Assembly: GCA_963848295.1 (NCBI GenBank)
Contig: CAWKDB010000010.1
Coordinates: 1,024,001-1,088,000 of the forward strand
Source of the DNA: an uncultured delta proteobacterium
GTDB lineage: Bacteria; Myxococcota_A; Polyangia; Haliangiales; Haliangiaceae
Direction of reading: 5' to 3'
DNA: 64,000 nucleotides
This document shows, one piece after another, positions 1 through 10,127 of this stretch; position 1 is the first letter of the stretch; every line of letters begins with the position of its first letter. Under the pieces are notes generated by a model. The model was not told the origin of the DNA, searched no databases, and saw only the letters and a program-made list of their open reading frames with translations. A program made the translations under genes and the position numbers.

Positions 1-110
1 AACGACGAGGCGGAATCGTCCTCCGACTCGCTGTCTGACCAGGGAGATGGGCACAGTAACTCTGTCCGGACGGCGACCCACGGGCCTCAAGGTATCACGC
101 GCATGTCGAA

Positions 111-1374
111 TCAGAGCGCCGATAGGAACGCGACGAGATCCGATTCCTCGGAGGCCGTGAAGCTAAAGCCGAACGTCTCGTAGAAACGCACGACATCGAG
201 CAGGGTCTGCGCGGATCCGTTGTGGAAGTACGGGGCTCGTGCCGCGAGGCCGCGGAGCGATGGCACCTTGAACTTGCTCATGTCCTTCCACAGGCCGGTG
301 ATGAGTGCGCGACCCGGATCCGTCGTTTGCACCGTCTCGCTGGTAGCGATGTTCTGGAACGTGTAGAGCGGCAAGTCCGGAGTCCGCACGTCGGCATCAC
401 TCTGGCCGATCGAGAAGAACGAGCCCTTGAAGCTCGTGCCCGAGTTCTGCGTGCTGTGGCAGCCGCTGCACGGGCCGCCGCCGGTAGTGCGTTCCCGCGT
501 GTTGAACAGCTCCTGGCCCCGGTAGACGGCCTGCCGGTTCGGGTCCGGACTGGTCTGCCAGGCGTCGAACAGATCAAACGGGGCGGCGACGAGCGCCTGG
601 CTCGCGATCGCCTCGGCACCGCCGTTCGCGCCACCCTTGTCGAGGAGGCCGCCGCGCCAGACGAACATCTGAGCGTTGAACAGTCCGGTCTCGAACCCGA
701 CGACCGATGCGTCGACGTCATCGGACAGCGGCTGGGTCGCCTGTGCGTGCCCCAGCGTCGCACCGTCTGCCTGGGCGCCGAGCGCGTCATCCACGGTGGC
801 GCCTGTGACCCGGCCGTCCCACATGACGGTCGAGATCAGCGCGAGGTTCGCCGCGGGCAGCGGGCGACGGAACAATGACAGCTCGTTCGCCGACGCGTAG
901 CCGTACGGATCATCGACCGCGATGAGGTCGAACTCCGCGCCGGCCGGTACGCCGATGCCGACTGCGGATCGTTCCGCGGTTCAGCAGCATGTTGTACGCC
1001 GCGCGACGAGCCCTTACCGTCGAGACATCGTCGTTCGGGTTATTCGTACCGTCGACGGGCCGGAAGATCGGATCGAGGCCGGCCGTGAGGTCGAAGCGGA
1101 GACGAACGCTCTCCGCCGACACCGTCCAACCGTCGGTCGGCGTGTGGCAATGACCGCAGGTACGACCGTTGGTCCCGAAGCTCTGGAAGAACTCGTTCCC
1201 GAGGTCGATGGAGCCGGCGGTACTCCAGGTCGTGGACGCGCCGAGCCCGTCGAGGAAGGGCAGGTTGTTCGGGATGCCGTCGTGATGGGTGATGGACTCC
1301 TGCGCCTCCGTGCTGACGGCGTCGGTCGTACACGCAGTGACAAAGAATGTCGCGAACAGCCAGTGGTACTTCAC
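111..1374 (-). CDS. Di-heme cytochrome c peroxidase/MauG-family lipoprotein, split by a +1 frameshift at ~963
   Basis: GTG at 1374 follows AAGGAGG; lipobox FVTAC; CGHCH in ORF 910-1416; CSGCH and FKVPSLRGLAARAPYFHNGS in ORF 111-875. Removing base 963 joins ...RGTIR to VGIGVPAGAEFDLIAVDDPYG... Confidence 0.8.
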
Positions 1375-1566
1375 CGCATCCTCCTTGGTTGGAGACCCAA
1401 CACACACCCCAGCCACCCCCCGGTCCGTCGTTTCGAGTGCTCGAAGCGGGCCATTCAGTGCGGTAGTCGTTCTAGTCGCTTACAATGTGCTTTCACCCAG
1501 AAATGCACTTAGCTTGTGCAACGAGTTGTGCAATTCATTCGAGCTTACACAATCGGCTTTTATTCT

Positions 1567-1583
1567 CGTTAGATCACGTACTC
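1567..1583. promoter_or_regulatory. Motif shared with 4951-4967 (cgttagatcacgtactc)
   Basis: 15/17 identity to a copy upstream of the porin gene; lies in AT-rich intergenic DNA. Confidence 0.45.
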
Positions 1584-1607
1584 TTCTCGCGCGCGCAGAT
1601 CACAGGA

Positions 1608-1976
1608 TCAGTTCGCGAGAAAACCGTGAGGCTCGATCCAGCTCGCGAGCGCGGTGCCGTCGCCATACGGCTGCAGACCGGACATGTCGGTGCGATAGAG
1701 CAGGCAATGCAGGATGACGGCGGCCTCGTACGGGCGGATCGTGCTCCCGGGCATCTGCCGCATGCGTTCGATGGTGGCGCTCCATTCGTCGCGGCTCTTG
1801 CGCGCGTCGAGGAACCGATCGCGATCGTGACACGCCGTGCACCGCCGCTCGGTCAGCGAACACGCGTCGCGGATCTCCGGCGGCGCACTCGGCGTGTACA
1901 TCGGCGCGGGTGCCTGGCACGCGACGAGCGCGATCCAGGTACCCACGAGCACGTAGCGTGGTGACAACAACGACAT
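1608..1976 (-). CDS. Monoheme cytochrome c lipoprotein
   Basis: Lipobox LVAC; CTACH; downstream W..TIERMRQM with a possible Met axial ligand. Confidence 0.7.
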   Translation of the reverse strand: MSLLSPRYVLVGTWIALVACQAPAPMYTPSAPPEIRDACSLTERRCTACHDRDRFLDARKSRDEWSATIERMRQMPGSTIRPYEAAVILHCLLYRTDMSGLQPYGDGTALASWIEPHGFLAN

Positions 1977-1985
1977 CTGATCTAC

Positions 1986-2444
1986 CTAGTTGTCCAGGGC
2001 GCCCTCGGCGATCCAGTCGCGGACGAGCTGAAGCTGCGGGGCCGAGAAATACGGCGGACCGTTGAACGGCATCCGCGAGCCGAACGGTGGCGTCCTGCTG
2101 AGCTTCTGCTCCAGGATGCTGTCGCACGGCCGCGCCGGGATGATGATGTTCGTTCCCGAGTTCACGCCGCCGCGCCGCATCGAGTCGTACGAGCTGAGGT
2201 CGAGCCCGGAGGTCACACGGCCGAGATGGCACGGCGTACAGCCACCCGGCGATTGCAACATCAGCGGGCGGATGTCTGCGGAGAACGAGATCATGACGGC
2301 GGGATTGCTGTCGGTGTTGGTGCACCCGACCGCCTCTTCGTTCTCGGGCTGGGCGTCCACCGGCGCCGCCAGGATCCGGCCGACGTCCGGATCATAGTCG
2401 AGCGTACAGCTCGCCAACACGAGGAGGAGCAAGACTGACTTCAT
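1986..2444 (-). CDS. Monoheme cytochrome c lipoprotein (planctomycete cytochrome C-like domain)
   Basis: Lipobox LASC; SFSADIRPL...CTPCH...GLDLSSY...RMP...VRDWIAEGA pattern. Confidence 0.8.
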   Translation of the reverse strand: MKSVLLLLVLASCTLDYDPDVGRILAAPVDAQPENEEAVGCTNTDSNPAVMISFSADIRPLMLQSPGGCTPCHLGRVTSGLDLSSYDSMRRGGVNSGTNIIIPARPCDSILEQKLSRTPPFGSRMPFNGPPYFSAPQLQLVRDWIAEGALDN

Positions 2445-3485
2445 GGCGACCCATCCGCGAACTGCAGCTGCAGGTTGTTGGTCGTCGTGTCGACCGTGTA
2501 GCTCGCGACATTGTCGACGTAGTAGCCGGTGATCGCGCCGCCAGAGCTCCGCTTGAATAGGTCGCTGTCGCTCGTGATCGCGCTCGGTGCGATGCCGTCC
2601 GCGAGCCGCACCGTCACGTCGGTCGCGAGCGGCGAGTAGCTCGGGGTCGTGGCCGGAGGCGTTGTCGGGATCGCGTACTGGAACACGAGCTCCGGATCGG
2701 TCGCCGTCGACAGGAGTGGCGGACTTCCGGTCGCGACGCCGGATTGCAGGCCCGAGGCTTGGCCGACCGGCACCATTCCGTTCTTCAACGGCTGGCGCCC
2801 GAGACTGGTGCCGAGCTCGAAGACGTCGACGAGATAGCCGAGCCCATAGACCTGCTGCGTCGGCAACGCCGGATACATGGCAGGATCACCGACCTCGAGC
2901 GTCGTGCCCGGCAGCACGACCGGCATGTTCACCCACGTCCCATCGGGAACCGGATCCCCGACGAGCCCGAGATCGATGGCATCGGACAGCGCCGCCGTCG
3001 TGGTGATTAATTCGCCGGCGTACTTGTCGGTCACCGGCACGTCGGTCACACGCCGGATCGGGCTGTAGCGAACATCGCCGCAGATCGTATCGATGAGTGG
3101 CGGATGAGTTGGCAGCGGTGTGAAGACGCCGGACGTGTCGAGCGTACCGAACACATACAGAGGCGCCAGGACCGCGATCGTCCCCTCCATCGGGGACGGG
3201 ACCGAAGCTCCAGTACTCCACCGTCGCGCCGCCGGACTTGCCGAGCGTGCGCGTGACGACGCCGCCGCTGGTCATCAGCGCGGCATCGTTCAAGCCGTCG
3301 TTGATCTGGATCTGGATCAGCAACTCCGAGTTCTCCGAGATGCTCGGCACCACCGTCCCGGGTGGCAGGATGTTCGTCGATGCCAGTGCGTCGGAGCTAG
3401 CATCTGCAGGAGTGTCCGAAACGAGTGGGTGGAGGTGGCAGCCTGCGAGGGAGACGACGACGACGAAATACTTGGTAATCATCAT
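2441..3485 (-). CDS. Hypothetical lipoprotein split by a +1 frameshift in the G4 run at 3192-3195
   Basis: Lipobox LAGC and AGGAG RBS. ORFs 2886-3485 and 2441-3190 join as ...YWSFGPVP-MEGTIAV... if one base is removed. Stop overlaps the next start (ATGA). Confidence 0.65.
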
Positions 3486-3496
3486 GACTGTTCTCC

Positions 3497-4867
3497 TCAG
3501 AAAGGACCTGCGAGCCCGACGTGGATGACGTCTTCGTCCTGGAAGTCCGAGAAGTCGTAGCGTTCGTAGCTAAGCTTGATGCGAATCGACCGCGCGACCG
3601 CGATCGCCAGCGCGACGGTGTGGCGGACGACCTCGCTGTCCGATCGCAAGGGGCTACTCTGGATGACGTTGCCGCGGCGTCTCATCCCATCCTCGCGCCA
3701 CACGACCGTTACCCGCGAGGTGATCGGAGCCTCGACCTCGACGTAGCCGCCGTCCTTGACGAACCACGGGTCGTAGACGCCGTCCTTGCCGGGGCCGTAC
3801 TTGAACTCGCTGGCCGGGTCGTCTCCCATGTCCATCTTGGTGCGGCGATTCAGGTACTCCGCTCGGAGGAACACGTCCTTGATTCGCAGCACGAAGTGCC
3901 CGCCGTAGATCCGGAATGGGAGCTCGTGGTCGGGATCGTAGGTGCCGCCCATGCCGGAGACACCTACGGTCGCACTTACCTTGCCGGAGGTGTAACTGGC
4001 GACGAGCTGACCTCCGAGCACCGGACGAGAGTTGTTATCTATGTAATAGCTGTCACCAGATCTGGACAGCTTGAAGTCGAAATCAACAGGATCGGATGCC
4101 GCGCGCGGGCCGCCCATCGCATATACCGCGTACGACGTCTGCACGTGGTCACCGAAATAGTGAGTGCCGTTGATCTCGATCCCGTTGTCGACCCACGGCG
4201 CCGGCAGGACGCCCTCATTCCATTCGGTCATCCGCACCATGCGCCCCATGTCGTAGATCAGCGGGGCGTCGCTCGTGCGGTGGTTCGCGGGATCGTGACG
4301 CAATGGGTAGTCACCGAACGCCGGGGTGAACCGACCAACGCGAACGTCGAGTTCGTCGACCGCGCGCACATCGAAGTAGGCCATGCCGGTTTCGAACCCA
4401 TGGCACGCGTAGCAGACCTTCACACTCGCGCTGACGTGGCTGTTGAAGTCCATCGCGAGCTTTAGCGACACCTCGGTCGTTGCACCGTCGAGCGCGACGT
4501 CCCGACCCGTCTTCTCCGTCGGGATCGCCATGTAATCGAGCTGGATCGAGCCAGCGAAGTTGCGTTGAAAGCCGATTGCTTCCGCGGCACCGGTTTGTCT
4601 GGCCGCGGCGGCGGCGCCGCCGGCGCTGTCTGATCGGTCGGCGGAGCAGGCAGGGGCGGCGGTGCTGGATTCGCCGGCTGCGATCGATCAGCCGGTGGTG
4701 CTTGGTCCGGCGGCGTAGTTGGATTCGGCGGTGCGTCCGGCGTTGGTGTCGCTGCGGGGATAGCGTTGCTGCTGCGGCGCCGGCACGGGAGCGGGCTGCG
4801 CGAGCGCAGCGGACAGCACGACCAGTTCGGCGACGCTTGCAAACAAAGCAAAGCGAAAGATCCTCAT
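3497..4867 (-). CDS. Putative outer-membrane beta-barrel (porin-like) protein with an internal CxxCH motif; N-terminus disrupted
   Basis: Signal peptide MRIFRFALFASVAELVVLSAALA from 4867; Pro-rich linker; amphipathic strands; VGRF..AFG porin-like motif; C-terminal Phe; CYACH at 4400-4414; in-frame TGA at 4688-4690, or two compensating indels. Confidence 0.7.
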
Positions 4868-4950
4868 CGTACCCCCGATAGTGTCGTAACACGCTGCGCG
4901 TGATAGTCGGTACTCCACATTTGAGTCTCATCGTCGAATTCGTTCTCTCG

Positions 4951-4967
4951 CGTTAACTCACGTACTC
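4951..4967. promoter_or_regulatory. Motif shared with 1567-1583 (cgttaactcacgtactc)
   Basis: Second copy, same orientation, upstream of the porin-cytochrome operon. Confidence 0.45.
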
Positions 4968-5006
4968 GCGCTCACGCTCAAGCTTCCAACGTCCGACATG
5001 TCGTGA

Positions 5007-7055
5007 GTGCTTTGCGAGAACGTTGTGTCGAGCGCCGTCGAGCGCGCGCTATACTCGTCGAACAAATGGTGGGTACTTCTAGCGCAGAAGACTGATCCGC
5101 TCGTCGGATCGAAATTGGGCAAGGACTACCTAGTCCTCGAGCGAATCGGCGTAGGCGGCATGGCGGTCGTCTATCTCGTCGAGCATCAGACCCTGCTCAA
5201 GCAGTTCGCTGCGAAGGTGCTCTCGAGTCAGCACGCGTCGAGCGCCGAAGCACGCGCGCGCTTCACACAAGAGGCGCACGCTGCATCGCAGCTCGATCAC
5301 GAGAACATCGTCACGATCTCCGACTTCGGGCTCACGACGGATAGTCGACCGTACTTCGTGATGGAGCTCCTGCGCGGCAAGACGCTCGCCGATCGTCTCG
5401 ACGAAGGCCCGATGACCCTCGAAGAGGTCGTCGCGGTGAGCGTGCCAGTCGCGCGTGCACTCGCGCATGCGCACGCGGAAGGGATCATCCATCGCGACGT
5501 CAAGCCCGAGAACATCTTCCTCGTCCAGCGCAGCCAAGGACGCTGGGGCGTGAAGGTCCTCGACTTCGGCATCGCAAAGGTGTCGCTCAGCAACGACCGC
5601 ATGACGAAGACCGGCGAAGCGCTCGGCAGTCCGATGTTCATGTCGCCCGAAGCATGTCGCGGTGATGAGGTCGACCAACGCGCCGACGTCTATTCGTTCG
5701 GCATCGTCCTCTACTTGATGCTCGCGGGACGCGTGCCGTTCTCCGACGAGAATCTTCTGAAGGTTCTCCAAATGCAGGTCATGGCGCCCCTGCCGCTTCC
5801 GACCTCGTTCAACCCCGACCTTCCGGCCGAGCTCGAGCACGTCCTCATTCGCGCCCTGTTCAAGGATCCGAACGACCGTTACGCGACGATGGAAGAATTC
5901 CTGTTCACTCTCGAGGCCGCGCTGCCCGATGGCGCGGACGCGTTGTTGATCCAGGGCCAGTTCGGCACGCACACCACGCCGTTCCCCGGCACGCTCGAGC
6001 GTCTTCGCAACGCGCGCGCGTCGTCGAAGCCGCCGTTCGGCGCGACCGGCGAGCACGAGATTTCGCCGGCGTCCTCGCAAACCGCGGTGCGGGCCACGTC
6101 GCTGCCGCTCGCGCCGGCCAAGAAACGCGGGCGCGCAGCGCTCGTCGTGGGAGCGCTGGTCACGCTCGGCGCGGCCGGCGCAGCGGCGTATGTCTGGCAG
6201 AGCTCGACGACAGAAACGACCGCTGCCGACAAGCGAGTGGCCGCCCCGGTTCCGACTCCGTCACGGGTGGCGACGGCGGCGGTCACCGATCAGCCTGCGC
6301 GGGTCGAGCTCCCGCCGGTCGATCCGCCGGCCCCGGTCAAGACGGCCCCGGTCGAGACGGCCCCGACCGAGACGCCCGCCCCGACCGAGACGGCCCCGCC
6401 GGCGGCCGCGATCGCGACGAGCTCCGTGAGGGACACGAAGGCTTCGAAGACCAGGCATCCAGCGCCCGCACGACGAGGTACTCGCGCCTCGGTGACCACC
6501 AGGTCTACCGCCACCAAGTCGCGGCCCGCACCGTCGACGACACCGGCCGTGGCCGCCATAGCAGAGCCCGAGCCGGATCCAGAAACGCCGGCCGTTGTCG
6601 CGACGACGCCGCCGAAGGTCGAGACACCCGCGCCGACGGTTCGCGGCGTGCCCGCGCCCCCGACGCCACCGCCCGCCCCGAGACCAGCCCCGGTATTGAA
6701 GCCGGCCCCGGTTGTTGTCGGATCGATGGACGCGATGCCGGCGATCGCCACCCTCGATGTCAACGGGCCTCTCCCGGCGTCGGTCGTGCGGCGTGGCGTC
6801 GAGCGCGTGCTCCCTGCCCTGCGCGCGTGCTACCGCACCGCCGCGGCCGCGCAGAAGAAGACGCCTGCGCTCAACGTGTCGCTAACCTTCGAGGTCGACG
6901 AGAACAGCGCCGCCACGAACGTGGCCGGCGCCGGTACGAAATTCGGTTCGCTTTCATCCTGCACGAGGAGCGCGATCGGGGAGATCCAGACGCAACAGGC
7001 GCCCGATGTCGGCATCGCGCAAGTCGGTCTCACGATCCGGTTCACGCCGATCTGA
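5007..7055 (+). CDS. Ser/Thr protein kinase (Hanks type) with TM helix, Pro/Thr-rich linker and AgmX/PglI-like C-terminal domain
   Basis: IGVGGMAVVY, AAK, HRDVKPEN, DFG, MSPE motifs. Start uncertain: an out-of-frame ATG at 5066 follows TATACT. Confidence 0.9.
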   Translation: MLCENVVSSAVERALYSSNKWWVLLAQKTDPLVGSKLGKDYLVLERIGVGGMAVVYLVEHQTLLKQFAAKVLSSQHASSAEARARFTQEAHAASQLDHENIVTISDFGLTTDSRPYFVMELLRGKTLADRLDEGPMTLEEVVAVSVPVARALAHAHAEGIIHRDVKPENIFLVQRSQGRWGVKVLDFGIAKVSLSNDRMTKTGEALGSPMFMSPEACRGDEVDQRADVYSFGIVLYLMLAGRVPFSDENLLKVLQMQVMAPLPLPTSFNPDLPAELEHVLIRALFKDPNDRYATMEEFLFTLEAALPDGADALLIQGQFGTHTTPFPGTLERLRNARASSKPPFGATGEHEISPASSQTAVRATSLPLAPAKKRGRAALVVGALVTLGAAGAAAYVWQSSTTETTAADKRVAAPVPTPSRVATAAVTDQPARVELPPVDPPAPVKTAPVETAPTETPAPTETAPPAAAIATSSVRDTKASKTRHPAPARRGTRASVTTRSTATKSRPAPSTTPAVAAIAEPEPDPETPAVVATTPPKVETPAPTVRGVPAPPTPPPAPRPAPVLKPAPVVVGSMDAMPAIATLDVNGPLPASVVRRGVERVLPALRACYRTAAAAQKKTPALNVSLTFEVDENSAATNVAGAGTKFGSLSSCTRSAIGEIQTQQAPDVGIAQVGLTIRFTPI

Positions 7056-7177
7056 GGTCGACCGTGGGCGAGTCGACAGCGTGACTCGAGTCGTGAGGGC
7101 GGAAGGACTCGAACATTCCGCCCGGCTCGGGCGTTGGGTTTCTTGCCGTGGTGGGCCTCGCGCACGACAATCGGCCG

Positions 7178-8767
7178 ATGCCCGACGCCGTGCCACGGCA
7201 ACGCCGGTTCGGCGGCGCTCTCGCCGTCGGGCTCGGGATCTTTCTGTCGCGCATCACCGGGCTGATCCGCGAGCGCGTGCTGTCGTACACGCTCGGCCTG
7301 ACGCCGGCGGCCGATGCGTTCCGCGCAGCGCTGCGCATCCCGAATCTGCTGCAAAATCTATTGGGCGAGGGCGTGCTGTCCGCCTCGTTCATCCCGGTCT
7401 ACGCGCGGTTGTTGGCCGAGGGTCGCACCGAGGACGCCTCGCGGGTGGCGCGCGCGGTCGGGACGCTGCTCGCGCTCGCCGCGAGCGTGATCGCGCTGGC
7501 CGGCGTGCTCGCCGCGCCGCTGCTGGCCTACCTGCTCGTCCCCGGCTGGCACGGCGAAGAGCGCGAGCTGACGATCGTGCTCGTGCGGGTGATCTTCCCG
7601 GGCGTCGCGCTGCTCGTGATGTCCGCGTGGTGCCTCGGGGTGCTCAACAGCCATCGCAAGTTCTTTCTTAGCTACGTCTCGCCTGTGCTGTGGAACACCG
7701 CGCTGATCGCGACGACGATCGTCGCAGGACGGCGGCTCGCGGGCGACGACTTCGACATCGCCGTGTGGATCGCGTGGGGAATGGTGATCGGCTCGGCGGC
7801 GCAGTTTCTCGTCCAGCTGCCGACCGTGGCCGCGCTGCTAGGCTCGCTCAAACCATCGCTCGCGGTACGCGACGACGGCGTGCGCACCACGCTGCGCGCA
7901 TTCGCGCCGGTCGTGCTCGGCCGCGGATCGGTGCAGTTGTCGGGCTATATCGATCAGGCCCTCGCGAGCTGCCTCGCGACGGGGACGGTGGCGGCGATGT
8001 CCAGCGCGCAGGTGCTCTATCTGTTGCCGGTCAGCCTGTTCGGCATGGCGGTGAGCGCGGCCGAGCTCCCCGAGCTATCGAGCGTGCTCGGCGCAGACGA
8101 CGCGCGGATCGCGCAGATCCAGGTGCGGCTCGCCGCGGCGCTGCGCCGGATCGTGTTCCTCGTCGTACCTTCGGCGGTCGCGTTCGTCGCGATCGGCGGC
8201 TCGATCGTCGCGCTGCTGTTCCAGACCGGCCGATTCGACGCGCACGACACGCGGCTCGTGTGGCTCATCCTCGCCGGTTCGGCGATCGGGTTGTCGGCGG
8301 GCACGCAAGGGCGCCTGCTGGGGTCGGCGTTCTACGCGCTCGGCGATCCGAGGCCGCCGGTCCGGGCCGCGCTCGTGCGAGTGGCGATCACCGGCGTGGC
8401 GGGCTACGCGCTCGCGCTGCCGCTGCGCAAGGCGCTCGGATACGCATCGGAGTGGGGCGCGTTCGGGCTGTCGGCGAGCGCCGGGGTCGCCGCATGGATC
8501 GAGTTCTTGCTGCTGCGCCGGTGGTTGAACGCGCGGATCGGCGCGGTCGCGATTCCCGGCAAGCTCGGGCTCGGCGCCCTCGCCGCCGCGGTCGCCGCCG
8601 GTTCCTCCGGCTTTGGCGCCGGCGAGCTCGCCGCGCGTTGGTTCGTCACGCCGATCTCCGCGACCGCAGCGATCGTTGTCTTCGGGGGCGTCTATCTCGG
8701 CATCATGATCGCGGCGAAGGTGCCCGAGGCCGCGCCGTTCGCGCGCCGGCTGCGGCTTCGCCGGTGA
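7178..8767 (+). CDS. murJ: Lipid II flippase MurJ (MviN)
   Basis: LSRITGLIRE, ADAF..ALRIPNLLQNLLGEGVLSASFIPV; many TM helices. Confidence 0.93.
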   Translation: MPDAVPRQRRFGGALAVGLGIFLSRITGLIRERVLSYTLGLTPAADAFRAALRIPNLLQNLLGEGVLSASFIPVYARLLAEGRTEDASRVARAVGTLLALAASVIALAGVLAAPLLAYLLVPGWHGEERELTIVLVRVIFPGVALLVMSAWCLGVLNSHRKFFLSYVSPVLWNTALIATTIVAGRRLAGDDFDIAVWIAWGMVIGSAAQFLVQLPTVAALLGSLKPSLAVRDDGVRTTLRAFAPVVLGRGSVQLSGYIDQALASCLATGTVAAMSSAQVLYLLPVSLFGMAVSAAELPELSSVLGADDARIAQIQVRLAAALRRIVFLVVPSAVAFVAIGGSIVALLFQTGRFDAHDTRLVWLILAGSAIGLSAGTQGRLLGSAFYALGDPRPPVRAALVRVAITGVAGYALALPLRKALGYASEWGAFGLSASAGVAAWIEFLLLRRWLNARIGAVAIPGKLGLGALAAAVAAGSSGFGAGELAARWFVTPISATAAIVVFGGVYLGIMIAAKVPEAAPFARRLRLRR

Positions 8768-8777
8768 CTCGAAGGGC

Positions 8778-10127
8778 TTAGTCGACCTCGACCGCTTGAA
8801 CGTCGCCCCGCTTGATCGCGGCACACAGCTGTTCCCAATCGCCGTTGACCTGATCCGCACCCCCAAACGCGAGCTTGGCGAATGCGCGATCGAGCTTGTC
8901 GCCGCGACCCGCATAGCCGGACATCACGGCCGCGTCGGCGGTGCGTGCGAACGCCTTCGCGAACGTCTCGCCGCACACGCGCGCGTACTCGACGAGCGAC
9001 GACCGCTTGAGATCCGCGGGATCGATCGCCGCTTTGTGATCGGAGAGCTGGCGCACGTAGCACGGGTCGCCATCGATCGTCGTCCAGCCGAGAAACGGAT
9101 CGGTCCACGTCTGCATCCGGTGTTGCCCTTCGGCGACGCGCTTGCCCTCGTGCGCCGACACCCGCGCATCGTGTACGACGACTTTCTGCGCGAGATAGCA
9201 GCTCGGCAGTGCCTGCTTGATCTGCAAGATCAGCGGATCGTCGATGCCGTTGCCTACGCACAACACGGCGTAGTTACGCGCACCGACCGAGCCGGTGCCA
9301 GCGATCTTGAACGCGACGTCGATCGGCTTGTAACAGTCGAGTACTTGCTGCCGGTTCGGGCCGAGCGTGTCGCGATAGTCGCGCAGCGACGCGAAGATCT
9401 TGTCGCGCTCCGCGGCATCGACCGGCACGAGCTTCGGCGGCATCGCCGCGAACTTCGGCTCGCCGTCGTGGCCGGTGACGGTGAGCTCGTCGCGGGCCGC
9501 GTGAGGCGACATCCGCTCCGATTTGCGCAGCACGCGCCCCACTGGGCCGTCGGGCTCGAACCGATGCACGCAGTAGCGCGCGAGGTCCATCGCCGGCATG
9601 TCAGCGAGGGCGTGCAGCGTGTCGCGCCACATTCGCATCATCGCGGTCACCGCGTCGCGCGCGACTTTGTCCGAGGTCCCGGCGTCGCGGCCGGCGACCA
9701 CGATGCTGATCGCGAGGCGCTTGAGATCGAATTCCCAAGGCGCGTAGCAGGTCTCGTCAAAGTCGTTGACGTCGAACACGATCCGGCCCTCGGGGCTAGC
9801 AAACGCGCCGAGGTTGCGAATGTGTGCGTCGCCGCAGATCTGCACGCTGTAGCCGGTCGTCGGCAGCGCCGCGAGATCCGAGGCCATCACCCACGCGCCG
9901 CCGCGCAGGAACCCGAACGGGCTCGCCGCCATCTTGCCGTGGCGAACCGCGAGGTACTCGGTGCGCCGACCGACCTCGCTCGCCTTGAGCCGGCCGAGCA
10001 TGTCGTGATCGCCGGTGACCCATTGCGCCTGATCGACGCGCTTGGCGCGATCGCGCAGCGACCGGCCGTACTGCTCGCGTTCGACCCGCGGCAGGTAGCG
10101 CGGTGGTTCGGCGGCGGCAGGCGTCAC
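8778..10127 (-). CDS. DUF2252 family protein (kinase-like)
   Basis: MAASPFGFLRG, CGDAHIRNLG, FDVNDFDE, PWEFDLKRLA, GTGSVG motifs; GTG overlaps the upstream stop. Confidence 0.88.
   Translation of the reverse strand: MTPAAAEPPRYLPRVEREQYGRSLRDRAKRVDQAQWVTGDHDMLGRLKASEVGRRTEYLAVRHGKMAASPFGFLRGGAWVMASDLAALPTTGYSVQICGDAHIRNLGAFASPEGRIVFDVNDFDETCYAPWEFDLKRLAISIVVAGRDAGTSDKVARDAVTAMMRMWRDTLHALADMPAMDLARYCVHRFEPDGPVGRVLRKSERMSPHAARDELTVTGHDGEPKFAAMPPKLVPVDAAERDKIFASLRDYRDTLGPNRQQVLDCYKPIDVAFKIAGTGSVGARNYAVLCVGNGIDDPLILQIKQALPSCYLAQKVVVHDARVSAHEGKRVAEGQHRMQTWTDPFLGWTTIDGDPCYVRQLSDHKAAIDPADLKRSSLVEYARVCGETFAKAFARTADAAVMSGYAGRGDKLDRAFAKLAFGGADQVNGDWEQLCAAIKRGDVQAVEVD

Noticed and set aside
4688..4690. 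Selenocysteine at the in-frame TGA
   Set aside because: It falls in a linker with no redox motif, and the alternative frame gives a more natural sequence.
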